64,000 nt of DNA, taken from a virus (lineage: Duplodnaviria > Heunggongvirae > Uroviricota > Caudoviricetes). Location of the stretch: positions 26,830-90,829 of the IMG/VR virus record IMGVR_UViG_3300017991_000084. One strand, given 5' to 3'. How positions within the stretch are numbered: the first letter of the stretch is position 1; each line of letters begins with the position of its first letter. This document shows, piece by piece, positions 62,383 to 64,000 of the stretch. The notes beneath the pieces were generated by a model. The model saw only the letters and a program-made list of their open reading frames with translations, searched no databases and was not told where the DNA came from. Position numbers and translations under genes: made by a program.

Positions 62383-62590
62383 ATCGCTTACTAGTCCACT
62401 CTTGGAAGACTGCTTCAATTTGATCCCTTGTCATTGCATGTCCATACTCAAGGACCAACAACTCCACAGCTCCAGGAAACATCACATCCACACTGTGGAC
62501 GTCACCAAAGTCAACTTCATTTGAACCGTACCAGTAATCTAAATCACTTTCCATTGCCCTTTGAAGCTCACTCATATCAATCTCCCCTCA

Positions 62591-62664
62591 TTGCACCGGA
62601 GTGGATTCGAACCACCACTGAACCGGGCTTAAACCGGATGCCTCTGCCGTTGGGCTACCGGCGC
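62591..62664 (-). tRNA. type-I (short variable arm) tRNA with anticodon TAA (a Leu UUA/UUG anticodon), A73
   Basis: Acceptor GCGCCGG/CCGGTGC; D arm TAGCCCAACGGCAGAGGC; anticodon stem CCGG/CCGG; loop TTTAAGC; variable TCAGT; T arm GGTGG-TTCGAAT-CCACT. Confidence 0.45.
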
Positions 62665-62746
62665 TTAATCAGATCACCAAAAAACCAACCAAAAAGAAAG
62701 CAACAACACAAAGCTATAATCTGCCCCATATCAATTCTCCTTTCAA

Positions 62747-62833
62747 TGCCAGCTGAGGGTATCGAACCCACTCGGCCTCTTTACGAGGATCAGGGTTACA
62801 GCCTGAGCCGCCTCCTTAGCAGTCTACGCTGGC
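62747..62833 (-). tRNA. tRNA-Tyr(GTA), type II
   Basis: Anticodon stem TCAGG/CCTGA; loop CTGTAAC; long variable arm TCCTCGTAAAGAGGCCGA; T loop TTCGATA; one acceptor mismatch. Confidence 0.5.
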
Positions 62834-62996
62834 GTTTGCTTCTGGACTTGGCTTGCCACACCTTAGAGTACTCTCCAGTGTGACCTGCTATGTGCTCTGT
62901 CCTAGGGCTTCACTACCGCTACCCATTCGCAACCGTAAGCTCGTCAGCTTTCGTGGACTGCCAGAATTCACCACTTCAAACGGTTTCCAGAAGCAA

Positions 62997-63070
62997 TGAC
63001 CCCAGTGGGAGTCGAACCCACACTAGACTGGTTCTAAGCCAGCCGCCTCTGCCAATTGGGCTACAGGGCC
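62997..63070 (-). tRNA. type-I tRNA with anticodon TAG (a Leu CUA anticodon), A73; paralog of the tRNA at 62591-62664
   Basis: D arm TAGCCCAATTGGCAGAGGC; anticodon stem GCTGG/CCAGT; loop CTTAGAA; variable CTAG; T arm GTGGG-TTCGACT-CCCAC. Confidence 0.45.
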
Positions 63071-63075
63071 TTCAA

Positions 63076-63148
63076 TGGGAATGGGAGGACTCGAACCTCC
63101 GACGCTTGGTACTTCACACCAACGCTCTTCCAACTGAGCTACATTCCC
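63076..63148 (-). tRNA. tRNA-Phe(GAA)
   Basis: Acceptor GGGAATG/CATTCCC; anticodon stem TTGGT/ACCAA; loop GTGAAGT; T arm GGAGG-TTCGAGT-CCTCC. Confidence 0.65.
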
Positions 63149-63153
63149 CTAAT

Positions 63154-63226
63154 GGACCGCGATGGGACTCGAACCCACAACCCCCTGCGTGCAAAGCAGG
63201 TGCTCTCCCAATTGAGCTACGCGCCC
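63154..63226 (-). tRNA. tRNA-Ala(TGC)
   Basis: Anticodon stem CCTGC/GCAGG; loop TTTGCAC; G2-U71 wobble and a 3-70 mismatch in the acceptor. Confidence 0.55.
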
Positions 63227-63308
63227 ATATGTGACTAAGCTGTCTGGGGTTCATCCTTTCGGGTAGCATACCAGACGATTCTCATCCCTTTACGGTGCTC
63301 AATCACAA

Positions 63309-63381
63309 CAGGACTAGCAGGACTCGAACCCACAACGCGCGGTTCGTAGCCGCGCATGATATCCATTTTCACCATAGTCCT
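63309..63381 (-). tRNA. tRNA-Arg(ACG)
   Basis: Anticodon stem CGCGG/CCGCG; loop CTACGAA; T arm GTGGG-TTCGAGT-CCTGC; A1-U72. Confidence 0.55.
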
Positions 63382-63387
63382 ATTCAA

Positions 63388-63461
63388 TCACCGACCTTGG
63401 ACTCGAACCAAGAACCACCTGTGTGTAAGACAGGCACTCTACGCAATTGAGCTAGTCGGCG
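63388..63461 (-). tRNA. tRNA-Val(TAC)
   Basis: Anticodon stem CCTGT/ACAGG; loop CTTACAC; T arm CTTGG-TTCGAGT-CCAAG. Confidence 0.65.
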
Positions 63462-63464
63462 TAA

Positions 63465-63538
63465 TCACGCTGGGGAGACTCGAACTCCCAACCTTCGGAT
63501 CGACAATCCGGTGCTCTAACCAGTTGAGCTACAGCGCG
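63465..63538 (-). tRNA. tRNA-Asp(GTC)
   Basis: D arm TAGCTCAACTGGTTAGAGC; loop TTGTCGA; T arm GGGAG-TTCGAGT-CTCCC. Confidence 0.6.
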
Positions 63539-63765
63539 TCACTACATAGACAGTGACTCCCACCTAGTCTACACACTTACACTCATCGAGCCCCATCGAC
63601 GCCGATGGCTGCATGCATGGCTCTCCTGCAAGGGGTGGTTTTTCAGTGACGTCACCTGATCATCTCAGTCGCGTTGCGTCGCGCTGGAGGTTTGGCCCTT
63701 ACGTAAGCAGGCGACCTCCCCTGAGATTCTCAGACTCTTACTGCCTATGCTTATTCACTTTTCAT

Positions 63766-63837
63766 TAGCCCAGGAGAGGATCGAACTCTCGGCTGATGGC
63801 TGAGAACCATCAATGTTAGCCACTACACCACTGGGCC
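63766..63837 (-). tRNA. tRNA-Glu(CTC)
   Basis: Acceptor GGCCCAG/CTGGGCT; anticodon stem GATGG/CCATC; loop TTCTCAG; T arm GAGAG-TTCGATC-CTCTC. Confidence 0.6.
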
Positions 63838-63842
63838 GCTAA

Positions 63843-63925
63843 TGGCTTAGGAGGGAATCGAACCCTCACGCCCGAAGGCACTGGTGTTTGAAACCAGCGT
63901 GTCTGCCTAATTCCACCACCAAGCC
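63843..63925 (-). tRNA. tRNA-Leu(CAA), type II
   Basis: Acceptor GGCTTGG/CTAAGCC with A73; anticodon stem CTGGT/ACCAG; loop TTCAAAC; long variable arm TGCCTTCGGGCGT. Confidence 0.65.
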
Positions 63926-63928
63926 GAA

Positions 63929-64000
63929 TAGCCCAGGAGAGGATCGAACTCTCGTCTCAGGATCGAAAGTCCTGAATGATAACCACTACACCACTGGGCC
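63929..64000 (-). tRNA. tRNA-Arg(TCG); shares acceptor and T arms with the tRNA-Glu at 63766-63837
   Basis: Anticodon stem CAGGA/TCCTG; loop CTTTCGA; same acceptor (GGCCCAG) and T arm as the Glu tRNA; ends at the window edge. Confidence 0.55.

Noticed and set aside
1-64000. CRISPR arrays, integrase/transposase genes, rRNA
   Set aside because: No short regularly spaced direct repeats were found; the only direct repeats are the iterons and the SSB-tail repeats. No tyrosine/serine recombinase or transposase motifs were seen. No rRNA-like sequence was found.

Overview
The window reads as a tRNA-rich segment of a large virulent dsDNA phage (T4/T5-like replication and recombination gene set). Every convincing gene, all 21 tRNA genes and all promoters found lie on the minus strand, which points to one long leftward-transcribed early/middle region.

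Recognisable CDS (minus-strand coordinates):
- Replication: PolA-family DNA polymerase with an N-terminal family-4 UDG-like domain and a 3'-5' exonuclease; beta-type sliding clamp; clamp loader; DnaG-like primase; DnaB-like helicase; SNF2-like SF2 helicase; gp32-like Zn SSB; ATP-dependent DNA ligase; replication-initiator-like wHTH protein whose own coding sequence carries iterons.
- Recombination: RecA/UvsX-like recombinase; RuvC-like resolvase; Mre11/SbcD nuclease; a Rad50/SbcC ATPase that appears split into two ORFs at the zinc hook.
- Nucleotide metabolism: dNMP kinase; dimeric dUTPase/MazG-like; DHH phosphoesterase.
- RNA repair: RtcB ligase; Rnl2-type RNA ligase carrying an N-terminal tRNA-binding (Trbp111/Myf-like) domain; minimal Pol-beta nucleotidyltransferase; HAD phosphatase; Tpt1/ART-fold domain protein.
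- Other: amino-MTase with a DPPDF motif; HNH endonuclease; sigma-70-like sigma factor; FmdB zinc ribbon; SLOG/DUF2493 protein; SPFH lipoprotein plus a small membrane partner; LamG-like protein; terminase-like ATPase (uncertain).

RNA genes: 21 tRNAs. Two are tRNA-Ser paralogs fused to the leaders of downstream ORFs at 1.8 and 2.6 kb; the other 19 sit in a cluster from 59.6 to 64.0 kb. Several look non-canonical: two type-I tRNAs with Leu-type anticodons, a His-like tRNA without an encoded G-1, and paralog pairs that differ in anticodon.

Regulatory signals: seven copies of the promoter TTTGCA-N17-TATACT with a conserved downstream TTAGGTGTA and CTTTGAGGAG leader; a plus-strand-specific TTTTTCT-RY-AAAAA motif; one hairpin terminator.

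No CRISPR array, integrase or transposase was seen. The candidate for something new is a dispersed phage RNA/tRNA-repair toolkit built around the tRNA-binding-domain::Rnl2 ligase and RtcB. It plausibly counters host anticodon nucleases.
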